Positions 34,801 through 46,345 of a stretch of DNA of 64,000 nucleotides are shown piece by piece. Both the position numbers and the translations under genes were made by a program. How positions within the stretch are numbered: the stretch's first letter is position 1; each line of letters begins with the position of its first letter. The notes beneath the pieces are model-generated. The model was not told where the DNA came from. It made no database searches and saw only the letters and a program-made list of their open reading frames with translations. The stretch is from Amphiscolops sp. MND2022 (taxonomy: Eukaryota): NCBI GenBank assembly GCA_964187785.1, contig OZ076409.1, forward strand, positions 18,292,001-18,356,000, given 5' to 3'.

Positions 34801-35817
34801 AAACGGAATGACATCGTGAAAAACCATACCCTAACAACCCACCCTGCAACTAATCTATACATATAATACAAACAAATACTCACTATTTCGAATTGCCCGA
34901 GCAGTCCGCGTGTCAACTTCTTCCACAATCTGTTGACCCATCAATTTCAGACCCTGCGGACTCAACGTCAACTCGTCGTTACCTACAACACAACGACACT
35001 ACAAGACAACCCTGCAAAGTAGATGATTTAAAAAAATCACACTATTTTAACTTGTCAAAACCTTCGAACCCCACAACAATACCTGTGCAACAGTGTGATA
35101 ATACAAAATACACTAACTAATCCACCCCTCGGCAGGAGTCAATGGCGAAGGAGGAGGAGTATGGCCCGTTTTAGCTCGTTTAGGCGGTGTCGAAAAGCTC
35201 ACGACCTGTGACCGCCTTTGACGAACTGAAGGACCTAAAACACAAACCCAATACTCCCATCACTAGCCATCTTTCTTTCTGCGCATCAAGATGACAACGA
35301 CAAAACCTACTAACTTGTTTCTTCCTCGGAGGGGGAATCAGTCTCACCTCCTTGAGACACAGCATCGAGTTGGGTACGAGAACAAGTCGTAACAATATCC
35401 TCAGTAGGAGGAAACTCAGCGGGCACAGCCGATGTAGCTGCCTGGGCAAGCGCAGCCCTAAAGCCAGGAGGAGTTGCAACTGACAGGAGACTACTAGCTG
35501 GTGGCAAAACGGAAGAGGGATCTCCCACAACCAATCCAAGAGAAGTGGAAGGAAAACCAGGTTGAGCTACTGAAAATCAAGATCTGGATTCAGACGCGTC
35601 AGAGTTACGGGTAGGACCAAAAAGGCTGATCACCAAAAATATTAAGGTCCGGATTCCCATGGAAGTCAGAAAGATTTTACCAACCTGAAGTAGACAACCC
35701 AACTACATTCTCCGTAGACACTACGTCATCTTCGGAATAATTGTAGCCAGTCTCATTTCCACTTATGTGACCAGAAGTTACAGCAGTGCCACGTTCTACC
35801 TCTTCTTGATCCATCAT
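31816..35817 (-). CDS. Antisense 8-exon gene, ~1037 aa, hAT-transposase-derived zinc-finger protein lacking catalytic motifs
   Basis: Exons (minus strand): 35817-35685, 35569-35315, 35234-35118, 34982-34884, 34786-34206, 33976-33356, 33267-33186 and 33041-31816. All seven introns are GT..AG and phase-compatible, giving 3114 nt with no internal stop. Contains CLVC..H....SH finger and hAT-like blocks. Family assignment is by recalled motif similarity only. Confidence 0.8.
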
Positions 35818-36465
35818 ACCAGCCTGGGACACGAAGAAAGACGAATTGTCAAGGAAATCTAAAAGGAAAGAGAAATATAAAACAGAAACTACACGGAGCT
35901 ATCACGGAAATCCTAAAGAGGGAAATGAAAAGACGAAAACGCGTTACGTGAACGCATCTAATTAAAGGAACTTAATATCATTCTCACTCAAAAGGAAAAG
36001 GAACCATTCATAGCTTCATATCTCAAGCTTATCATAAGCACTGACGAAACAAAACGTTTCCAAAAACACTACTGGTGGATAGACATTCATTGAGAATTAC
36101 TAAAGGAAATCATGGAAAAACATCAAGAGATCATGAAATACGGACGTAATTCGACAATGAAAATCAAAGATGTCATTACGCCATTAACCTAAAAGGGGAT
36201 GAGAGCTAAAATTAGAAGTTTTCCTTAAAAGATTTAAACCAATCACAGCGCAGCAGAAAGAGTTCGTTTCATCTAACTCGGGACGAACCGGAACGAAAAC
36301 GGAAATCGACCAATAAGAATTCGTTGGAAATTACAAAAGAAAGCAAAGTGAAACGTTCATTTGTCGTTCAACTTTCACAAAGCTTGACCAGCGCTTCACT
36401 AATCCAAATAAACAATCTCGCCTGCATAAATTAAAAGAAACTTCGCAATTTCTACCGCTTTAAAA
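35818..36465. promoter_or_regulatory. Candidate internal bidirectional promoter
   Basis: Non-coding 650 bp between the divergent ATGs at 35817(-) and 36466(+). CCAAT boxes at 36239 and 36310. Contains a 14-bp motif shared with the LTR. Confidence 0.5.
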
Positions 36466-37329
36466 ATGGCAGGATACTCACTAGTCATTGACATCTCATC
36501 AGATGAAGAAAATATGAAACACAGCACGCCATTGAAGACCGTACCGGTAAATATGGTCGGGAGACTTGACCTCAGTGACTCCTCCACGGAAGTTTACCGT
36601 GGAAGCGACGCCGAATTAGAGTTAAGCCTAGAATCGCCAGCGAAGGAAACACCGACACCCAAGAAAAAGAAAAGGCTAACACGAGTATCTTTCGCCCTAC
36701 CCGAAGATGTCGACTCTGATGACTACTATGAAGAACCCGAGACTCCTACTCTCCCCCTTCAAAGTAAAGAAAAAGAAAATTTCCCAACGCTGGGTAATGA
36801 AAGGAAACGAGGGACTATCGTGGCCCAGGGAGGAAACGGACCCTCCGCAGACGACTTAGAGGCCCTCTACGATCTTGACTTAGAAGACCGCCAATTTTTC
36901 AGGTCCCTAGGACGAGGAAATAACGCAGCAAAAAAGCCAAGCCTGCCTCCTTTCAAGCCCTGTAGAAAAATAAACGCCCCCTGCACGCAATTAGCAAACT
37001 CAAGCTTGAATGATCTGAATGAACCAACCAAGCCACCTGAATTCACTCAAGAAGAACGGGAGCACTTCGAAAACATGGTACGGGAACTTGAAGAAGAAGA
37101 AAAGAGATTTGCCCGTATGACAGCGGGGAGAGGTCGCGGCCCCCACCCGATGAGAAACTACATAAGCCGACCCTCAGTGTTAGTCACAAAAGAAATTCCC
37201 CATTGCCACGGCCTACCAACGTATTTAGCGAGGAGAGGGGCCCTGTCACGACCCGCTCCCGGTCGTGGGTGTGAATGGTGTTTCGCCCTAGGAAGAAGCA
37301 GAGGAAGAGGATACTGCAAGTACCATTAA
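36466..37329 (+). CDS. Accessory ORF3, 287 aa, unknown function, overlapping PPT and 3' LTR
   Basis: Open frame with AAAATGG start context, LVIDISSDEE, PKKKKR, acidic tracts and GRGRG motifs. The last 86 nt lie inside the LTR. Confidence 0.75.
   Translation: MAGYSLVIDISSDEENMKHSTPLKTVPVNMVGRLDLSDSSTEVYRGSDAELELSLESPAKETPTPKKKKRLTRVSFALPEDVDSDDYYEEPETPTLPLQSKEKENFPTLGNERKRGTIVAQGGNGPSADDLEALYDLDLEDRQFFRSLGRGNNAAKKPSLPPFKPCRKINAPCTQLANSSLNDLNEPTKPPEFTQEEREHFENMVRELEEEEKRFARMTAGRGRGPHPMRNYISRPSVLVTKEIPHCHGLPTYLARRGALSRPAPGRGCEWCFALGRSRGRGYCKYH
37229..37243 (+). promoter_or_regulatory. Polypurine tract
   Basis: GAGGAGAGGGG followed by CCC directly before the 3' LTR TGTCACG. Confidence 0.85.
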
Positions 37330-39587
37330 AATACTGACTAAACTAATATAATTCTACTTACAGTGCAGCTAAGATTATTTCGTAGATTATTTTTTAGAAT
37401 AAGAATCTAACGTGCGCGTCGCGGAATATTTTGGGAAATGGATTTTAGCTAAAACTTCCGGTTAAAAGATTTCACGCTTAATAGATTTTTCATATCCGGT
37501 TAATCTTCTGAAGTTTGCCATACTGATCTAAATATCAAAATAGACATTTAACAACAGGGATTTTTCTTCGGTTCCACACTAAAATAAAACACATTTAAAA
37601 TCCCGCAATCCCAACGGAATCCATACGATCTAAAAGGAAAAAATACATAAAAGACAGAATTGTTTTGGTGTTTTCTGTGGTAAAGTAGTTGTCAATACCC
37701 ACTTAAGGCGCAATCAAGTGACTTAAGAGGGGATTTACAACGTAATGACAGCGTCACTCTACTGAGCTAAAATTAGATATTCCACTTTCGCGGACTAATA
37801 ACGTCACCTTCTCGGCAGAATTATTCTTAGCTAGCGCGAGCGGTATTGAATTCGGTTGCCCCTAGCAACGCCAATCAAAATAAGAGAGAAAGAATGAATT
37901 CGCCTACGCGTTCCGCTCGCTTTCTGTCCACTCTGACCTACTAGCTATAAGCAATCTTTATACGTACGTAGCAGTTACGTGGCGAATTGTAAAATTGTAG
38001 TCCACATCTCTGCTATAAACAATCTTAATACATACGAAGCGTTTGCGGAGTGATTTGAAAACATATAATTAGGGAAGAATGGAACAAATGAAAGTTTAGG
38101 AGAATTTTTCCTGGTTCATTATTAGCTAAGGAATTTCTTGATTAAGTTTTAAAGGAAAACAGCTGCTCTGTAAGGAAGAATTATGAGAAGAACAAAATAG
38201 TAATGTCCTGAATCCTATACTAATTTACTACGCCATTGCAGTACTTCTTAAATACTATATTACGGAGTGTACCCGTAATTCTTGCCAATACCTTTTGCAG
38301 TTTATAGTCAATTGATGGTGATGAATTTTGCGCTAATCCTCGTAAACTTACGTTATGTTTTCTATACGATAAAAGCTGTACTACTCAGGACCTAATTCCA
38401 AGTCACGAAGTGTATACGTAAATTATACTGATGCCTGTCTGATGCTAATTTTATAACCTAACCCTAAATATAATGATGAATGAATGATCCCAAAAGCAAT
38501 TTCGGATTTGTACCAGTTTTAAAATGCCTTTGTTACATTGTTTTATTCTTGTGCTATTGCAGTTAGTTAGTATTTGGGACATGAAACGGAGTATTCCCGT
38601 AACCCAAGTCAATTTTTACGTTGAATTTCATGTTTGTTGTATACCGAAGTCAGTTTGTTTTAATGTCCATTAGCATCATTTGTCTCTCATTTCAAATATT
38701 CTCAACGGCGAATTTTCAGCGACGTATCGTTTTCGTCGCCATTTTTGAACATCATCTTTTTCCTTAAAATTCCAACTCCTTGAGTTGAATATTGACTAAT
38801 AGTTCACGCCGGCGTGCTTGCGCCGATGAAAATGTCAGTTAGATTTCTATTTTACCGCGCTTTTGAAGACCAAACAGGAAATGGATTATCTGAACAAAAA
38901 TGATTTCAACAAAGTCTCACGGAATGTTAACGCAACTAGGAATTTCGATACCTGAATTTACAACGCCAGACTGAAATAATTTGAATCATCGGCGAATTTT
39001 GTTGAACAAACCCGATTTTTAGGATTCCTAGGAATTTTTAGGTGAGGAACAAATGATGCTAAGAAGGTATAAATATGTAGAGAGGACATGTATTTTTAGT
39101 TGATCTTGAATTTGTTTCAAAACTTTGTTGTTCGTTGTAATTACGAAAACTCAAAATTTCTTTGAAGAATTTAATTCTTGCCAAAGATTCTGATACCTCA
39201 ACGTTAAAATGACGACAAGGAGCCAGAAGAGAAAAGCTATAGCTGAGTTAGCGTCGGGAGATTTTGAAGCTTCTCTAGCTGAAAATAACTCTACTGAGGA
39301 CCTGATACCTAGTTCTAGTAAAAACCCTAGACTTGAACTTGAGAATCTGGAAGAAATAAAAACAACTCTGAGAAAAGAGATAATGACTGATCTAACAAAA
39401 ATATTAGCTGAAAATCAAAAGGAAATGCTTAAATTAATAGCACCTGCGAGCAAGAAACGTTCAGTTAATCCGAACATGCAAGATTCTGATTCTGACCAAG
39501 AAAACATCTCTGTAGCAAGAACGTCCACCCCAGTCAAAACTCAAACTGCGACTAGTTCTAAAACAACACCGAATAATAGTCGTAACA
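37244..39587 (+). repeat. 3' LTR (2344 bp)
   Basis: Direct repeat of 23044-25387, followed by TSD GGCGC. Confidence 0.97.
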
Positions 39588-39604
39588 GGCGCCTTTTCCC
39601 TTAA
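39209..39604 (+). CDS. Truncated gag N-terminus encoded by the 3' LTR (126 aa plus 5 aa from flank)
   Basis: Identical to gag residues 1-126, then reads RRLFP into flanking DNA. Expression is unknown. Confidence 0.5.
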   Translation: MTTRSQKRKAIAELASGDFEASLAENNSTEDLIPSSSKNPRLELENLEEIKTTLRKEIMTDLTKILAENQKEMLKLIAPASKKRSVNPNMQDSDSDQENISVARTSTPVKTQTATSSKTTPNNSRNRRLFP

Positions 39605-40546
39605 GGAAAAAAGCCCGACTCTTACAGTGAGTAGTTTTTTTTGTTTTTTTTCAGTTGACAATCTCACTCTGAGTGGTCCACTTTTCTTACAATTTGTTCA
39701 TCTTTCATATTAGTTCATCTTCCATCTTCGACCCAGCCGGAGAGCGTGGGTTCGATTCTCGCACTAAACCATAAATTTTTTAATGCTTCCGAAAGTACAG
39801 GTGAGACCAAAGGGTCCCCCCCTTTGGGTTTTTTTTCGGCACTATGCGACTTTTTTCGAAAATTTTCGAAATATTTCAAAGGGTACCTCCTTGCATTTTT
39901 TGAAGTTTTCGGTTTGTAGAAAACGTTGAATGAGCCTGAATGGACTCTTTTTGAGTTTTTCGGCATTGTGCGACTTAAAAAATATTTTTTTTTCGGAAAA
40001 AAAATCAAATTAATTTTTTTGAAAAAAAATAATTTTTTCCAAATTTTTCCAATAGTTGTTCCTTGAATATTTTTGAGCCTAAGATATGGCGCCGACTTGG
40101 GACGTTCCTGTCTTGTTTTCTTTTTCAGTTGACAATCTCACTCTGAATGGTCCACTTTTTTACAATCTTTTGTTCATTTGTTCAACTGATTTTCTGAGAT
40201 GCAGGAGATCGCGGGTTCGATTCTTGCACTAAGCCACAATTTTTTATGCTTCCAAAAATAGAGGCGAGACCAAAAGGTCTCCCCTTTGGGTTTTTTTCGG
40301 CACTTTGCGACTTTTTTGCGAAAATTTTCGAATTCTATCAAAGGGTACCCCTTGCGCTTTTTGATGTTTTAGGTTGTAAAAACGTTGAATGAGCCTGGAT
40401 GGCCTCTTTTGAGTTTTTCGGCTCTGTGCGACTTTTGAAAAAATACTTTTTTTTGAAAAATTTTTTTCCAAATGTTTCCAATAGTTGTTCATTGAATATT
40501 TTTGAGACTTATATATGGCGCCGACTTGGGACGTTCCCGTCTTGTT
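39588..40546 (+). mobile_element. HINE-like family 1 copies (tandem); the first is the target of the intact LTR element
   Basis: Removing the insertion restores TTTTAGTCGGCGCCTTTTCCCTTAAGGAAAAAAGCCCGACT. Two 3' ends GGCGCCGACTTGGGACGTTCC.GTCTTGTT occur at ~40088-40119 and ~40517-40546. Confidence 0.7.
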
Positions 40547-43500
40547 ATTTTGTAGTTTTGGGTTCTTCACTCCCTTGTCTACTTCTCTTCTTGTAGCTCT
40601 TCCCTCTGGCAGGTCCCCGTTGTTGGTGGGTTTCCTCTCCGTTGGCGGTTTCTTCTCCGTTGGCGAGTCTTCCTCCTTGTCCTTCTTCCAGGTGAAAGCT
40701 GGGTGCCCATGATGTTTTGGCAGTAGAAGTCTGGCTTAATTCTGTTTCGTTCACAGCGTCCCGTTATTTTCTCTTTTTCGGCTTGATGTTTGTTTGGCTG
40801 TGGTGTCGCCATTTCTTCTGTTACCTGGTCCGTTCCGGGTTCTGCCTGCGGTGTCCCCTCCTCTGTCTTCTTCGCCGTTTGCTGACTCCTCTGACTCCGT
40901 TTGCGGTTCTGGTTGCTTTGGTACTTGTGTTTGTTTTCTCAATCGCGCCATTTTCTTCGCTCTCTTCTGCACCTTCTGGAACTTCTTTTGGCGTGCTTTT
41001 TGTTTGAGTGCTTGAGTTCGCTCATTGCGGCTTTCGCTGGCCTATTTTGCTCTTCCGTTGCGGCGCAATTCTCATTGGTTATCTCGCTGTCACTTGGTAG
41101 TGTTGGTTGGCTTGCCGTTTCGTCCAATTGTGGCACTTCATTCTCAAGTGGCACATCGTTCTCATTTGTGCTTTCGTTCTTCCCCTGCTCTGCAGTAGCT
41201 GTCACATTCGGCCTTCTTCGCTGCCAGCGGGAGCAGCATGGCTGACCATCATTGCTCCGTCCCACATCTTGTTAAGAGATTATTGTGGCTTGGGTTTTTC
41301 CGGCCGGGAGGAAGGTAATCGGGTGATTCCTGTGTTCTAATAGGTTCCCTTTTCGCCTTTTGAAAGCTTCTTCGAGTTTTGACCATCGCGTTGTATCACG
41401 GACCATGATTGCCGGATCCTGTCAAGACTCAAAAGTTTCTCCAGCTAGTTTGACCTCTGGTGTCAATGAAATGAACTGAGTTCTGTTAGTTACTAATCGT
41501 TTTATAGTATTCGATTCCTGTCCAGTATAGCAATCGTTCGGCGACTTTAATTGGCCGACGGGTTCATTCGAAAGACGATTGGACTTTCCGATAGGCCTGA
41601 TTTGTCCTCACTTACTATTATCTTTTTATTCGAGCGTAGCCTTTTATTTTTGGTCGAACTAATCGTTCTATATTGTCATTAACGCTATGAAACCTAATTC
41701 GACATTCCATGTGATTGATGAATCGCTTTCTACAAAAGTCCCCAAACTTGTTATTGCGGAATATTGTTGCAGGGCCCGTTTTTTTTGTCTTTGAAATGCC
41801 ATGTCGTGCAATATAGTTCTTTAAGAAATCAATTCGTTTGCCCGTAGTCAGTTTACGTGAAACTCTGCTTCGAGCCAACCTGTAAAATCGTCAACCAAGA
41901 CTAACATGTAACTCCTAGCTCAAATTGCGTGCTGAAATGGACCAGCGATGTCGGTTGCTATTTCTTCGTTAATCTCATTATATTTCGGTATTTGGCCTAC
42001 TTAGTTTTGTCCTAAAAACGGTTTAATGCTTTTACCAACACTTTTACATTGTTGGCAAATTTGTGCGCGAGTCCCATCACTTCGCGATGGAATCGCGGCC
42101 ACCATACGTGCATACGTTGGCTACCGTTGCAAGCATGCGGTCACGGCCTGGGTGTAAGTAATGCAGACTGCGTAAGATAATTGGACGTAATGCTTTAGGG
42201 ATTACCAGCCTTTCATCCACATAAAGGAAATCATTGTCATCTAGGCTAAGACATCTGAATTTTTTGCGCCACGGCGCAGGAAAGCGGTTAATTTTCGTTG
42301 ATTCAGGCTTGTTGAGGAGATTAGAGACTTTTTAAAAATATTTTATCGGCCTCAAAATGGTCTGCAAATGTATAATTCCCTAGAGTCTGAATGATTTCAA
42401 CTTGAATAATTGAGCATTTTGTAGTTTTCAGAGCGGTTTGTCTTCGAATTCAAGTATGCTAGTTTCACAAATCCCGCTATCTGATTGGCTGTGCACTGAG
42501 AGAGCTGTTAGCCGGTTCACAAACTGAAGCAAATATGTTCTTAAGTGTTAGTTTCTCTTGTTTACTCAACGCTTTCTCGCTCACCACTCCACGGCGGTCC
42601 GTCAGGTCGCTTATTTCTGCCAACTCTGCTGTGATTAGATAATTCGCTGTCCCTCGTGTGATTTGTTCATCTGAAACAAGTTTCGCACACTTTGTTTTGT
42701 TTACCGTGAAACAGTAGTTTCATAATTCTTCCGCCTTTAACTGGACATTATTATTACTTGGGGAGGACGGGTGCCGTGACAGGTAGTCAGTAACTCCCAG
42801 GGTTCTACCTGGTGCGTGCGTTACAGTAAAATGAAATGGCAGCAACCTATCTACCCGGCGCGTTACCCAACTTGAGTATCTTTTATGTGCCCTATTTTCT
42901 TTTATAATTGACGTCATCGCCTTGTGATCTGACAAGACCTCAAATCGCGTGCCATGTACAAAACTTTGATAGTTCTCAATAGCTCAAACAGCAGCCAAAA
43001 GTTTCCATCCGTTTATGGAATACTTTTGTTGGAAGGAAGTCAGAAAGGGTGATGCGAAATGTTGCCATCCAAACTTGCTCCGTTTGATGCAGCAATACCG
43101 CCCCCAAGATGTCTTTGCTTGCATCGCAGATAAATAGCAAGGTTCGTCCCTTTTGAAATATTTTATGTCTGTGATCATCCTTCTGTGAATTTCCTTCTTT
43201 TTTGCTTGGAATGTCTTCTCATGCTCATCTGTCCATTTCCATGGTTGGTTTTGCTAAGTAAAGGTCGTAACGGTGCACACAATCTCGTCAAACTTGGAAT
43301 AAACCTTTCCATCAAACTCAATGCTCCTTTAAGACTATGAGAGAGCGCAGTTCCCCCTTAGGTTCTATCGGTGCAGTCGATCGGAGATTGCCTGAGTTTT
43401 ATCATCAATAGGTTTCATTCCACTTTCTGATAACTTGTATCCCAGCCATTTGGTTCTTGTTTGAACAAGTCTGCACTTTTCTAATTTCAATCGGATGCCC

Positions 43501-45700
43501 GCTTCGTCTTTAGGAATTCTTCAAGTTTCGCCATGTGTGGAACCTTTGTCCCCTTAGTGACGATAAGAAAGTCGCCAATGAGCGCAACTGTATCTCTAAT
43601 GTAATGCAAAATCTGATCCATTATCTTTTGTAATATTGGTGACATTATCGTTTATCCATAGGACCGGTGTTAAAGGCGTATGTTCCGTTGCTCTACCACC
43701 GATTATCTGGAAATTACAATGTCGGGCAGTGTCCTGGTGTAACTACGTTTGTTCGTACGTATACATCTTGTCTAGTGATGTAAATCTGACTTCTTCATCA
43801 CTTTCTTCATGATTTCTGCGACTTGTTCCATCGAATTGTCGAGGTTAGGCATCTGATACTTCTGTTACTTATCCTTTTGGATGGCACCAACCTAGGATCT
43901 AGCATCTAACGCACCTTGACAGATTTGTCTTTCTTGACTGTAATGACCACTCTTGGTTGCATGAAGAGTCATCGTTGATCTTCTACACTCTTCTAATGTG
44001 GCCTTCTTTCAGCAATTTATCAACCTCTACTTCCACTGCCTCTTGCAGTTGTAATGGGATTCTGCGTCCTTTCTGTTGGGTAAATTAGGCATCGTTCTCG
44101 AACTCAAATTTAATTTTATGACCTTTATTTTCCATTGTCTAGCCAATAATTTTGGAAATTTTTGTTTGAGTGTTTCAACTTCTCTTCGTTCAGAAATGTT
44201 GTTAATAATTTTCGAATACTCACTTTTTCCGTTGCCTTCCGCGACCCTGAAGTTGAGTTGAGTGAACCTGTCACGTCCGATTAATGATGGTTTTCCATCT
44301 CTTGGGACCACAATTCTGGCATTTTTCAGCTTTCGCTTTCACACTTGGACGTCCACTGATATGAAACCGAGGAAATTCAATGGTTCATTGTTCGTTTTTC
44401 GGCATTGGTCTTGCAAAGATTACGTCTTCTTTCAATGTTTTCCCAGGTCTACCTGCGTGAATCTGGTGATAGGTGAACCCGAATTGATCATCGTCGGCTC
44501 ATTGTTTATCTTGCCTTGTTGTCTTTATTTTGATGGTCGCTGTCCTGTGATTGGTTGCTGTCTTGTTCAATCAGGTTGATCCGCCGCATACCGACTCTGT
44601 CCACCATTGTACCTCTTTCCCTCCCATTACCAGTTTTTGGTTTCACATACGCGCGAAATAGCAAAATAGCGAACAATTTTTACACCTCTCATCCTTTGCC
44701 TCACACACGGCCAGGTGATTCTGGGAAAACTCCAGTCCACATCTGCTACATGGGTTTCTTCTTTCATCGACTGCACATACTAGTTCGTTTTTGTTTTCCT
44801 TCATCACATTTCCCCCCTCTAAAGTTCGATGTTGATTTATGCCATCTTCGTCAGCAATCGCATATCGAGATGCTTCTTGTGGATCGTTTTTGGGTTCGAT
44901 GCACAGCTTCTGATGCACGGTTTTGTTGTTCATATTTTGAATGAACGTGTCCATTATGAGGCTATCCGTCTGCTCGCCCAAGTCGGTTTCGGTGTCAAAC
45001 CAGTTAAGGTATGCCAAAATTGTCGGAGTGTTTCTTGGAATTTTGCTTTTGTGAAGAGAATTTGTATCTTTCAAGTGTTCTGTTTTTGGGCTATTAAAAA
45101 GCTTCGTCATAGTTGTCTTTCATCTCCCGTGATACAGCGATACTGTTACAAAGTGATACTGTGGGCACCCTAATGTGGGGAAACTTGTCAGTCAAACTTT
45201 TCCTTGCTGCCAATCGTAGAGATCAGGAAACGACACTTACTATTTTTTTTAGCCGCCTGCTTCTTCGGTTACCTACTGTAACACTTCCGTCACTGATTTT
45301 GAATATTTTGCCTTAGTGGCAACCGTAAAGAGGTCCTATCAGTCCTCACATTCTGTTCTAGGTGCTGTGTCTGGAAAACTCTCAGTAGGCCTTATTTCCT
45401 CATAGTGAAGCTTCTTTCGGCTTCTGCTTGTAGTAAATTACTGAAAACGTTTTTTTTTCAGTTTTCGTTCATTTTCTGATGCTACATAGCCGCCCAGAAA
45501 TTGTTAGTAAAGGCATCCGATGAGTTTTCATCTCTCAGACTTTAAGTATTTTGCAACCATATCCAAGTTGTTGTTTTTCGCTTTTTTGATAGCTGGTCTC
45601 CTTTTTCTGGTTTCAGCATGAATTTTGTAATGTGATACATCTATCTGACAAGGACTTTCACGTCAGCGTGTCGATCGATGCCTTCAGTTTGCTGCTCTAG
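40547..45700 (-). mobile_element. Heavily decayed Ty3/Gypsy element (element C)
   Basis: gag remnant 44643-45110 (IMDTFIQNM, CSRCG), protease ~44480 (MINSGSP), RT ~43400-44000, RNase H 42720-43178 (SDHKA..DYLSRHP), integrase ~41618-42200 (YIARHGI, IERLVR) and a low-complexity tail at 40547-41265. LTRs not resolved. Confidence 0.85.
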
Positions 45701-46345
45701 TTAGTTACTTTCTCCGTTCGTTCTTCCTTTTAGTACTGCAAAAGTGTCGACACGGTTGTTTGGTGGTCTAAATTTTGTGGGGATGAGAGAGTGGAGTTGT
45801 GAGCTGGACCGCAAAGTTAGGTTTATAGTGTTTAACGTTTTCTCCGATGCTTGCAATGTCTGGTTTCTTATGCTAGTTTTGTTTTGTTGTGGGACAAATT
45901 TCGTTCATTGTATGAGTTTTTGTCTCTTAAAAAATCTCCAAAATGAAATGTGGGCCAAGAAAGTCAAAAATTCTTCGATCAAACGTAATATATTTCATAA
46001 AGAAAGTATATATGTATATATTTTGGATATAACGAAAAAGATTCAGATGAAGCGCGTTTTCCAGGTTGTTTTCCACTTGTTGTTTCAACTTTCTGCCAAT
46101 GTTGATTTTTTTTAAATTGCAATAAAGGAAAACCATGTTTTTAGCGCGGGGTTGTTTTTTCAAACAACGTTTGCCAACTACTAGATGCTGGAAAACTGGA
46201 GAGTATTTTCCTTTTCGTCGAAAGTAGAGGTGCACCGGACAGGAAAATTTCCGTCCGGCCGGACAGGACTGATTGAAGCCAGATACCGGCCGGACCTGAC
46301 ATTATCCTCAATTGTAAGCTATAGAGGGCTGTTTTCAGAATTGGG

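Larger units (their letters stand above)
23044..39587 (+). mobile_element. Intact full-length Ty3/Gypsy LTR retrotransposon (16,544 bp) with accessory genes
   Basis: Two 2344-bp direct repeats (offset 14200) with TG..CA ends. TSD GGCGC at 23039-23043 and 39588-39592. PBS, PPT, and uninterrupted gag and pol with PR-RT-RH-IN order. Confidence 0.98.

Noticed and set aside
31816..35817. Active nested hAT DNA transposon
   Set aside because: No TIRs or 8-bp TSD were seen and the catalytic motifs appear replaced, so it is treated as a domesticated accessory gene.
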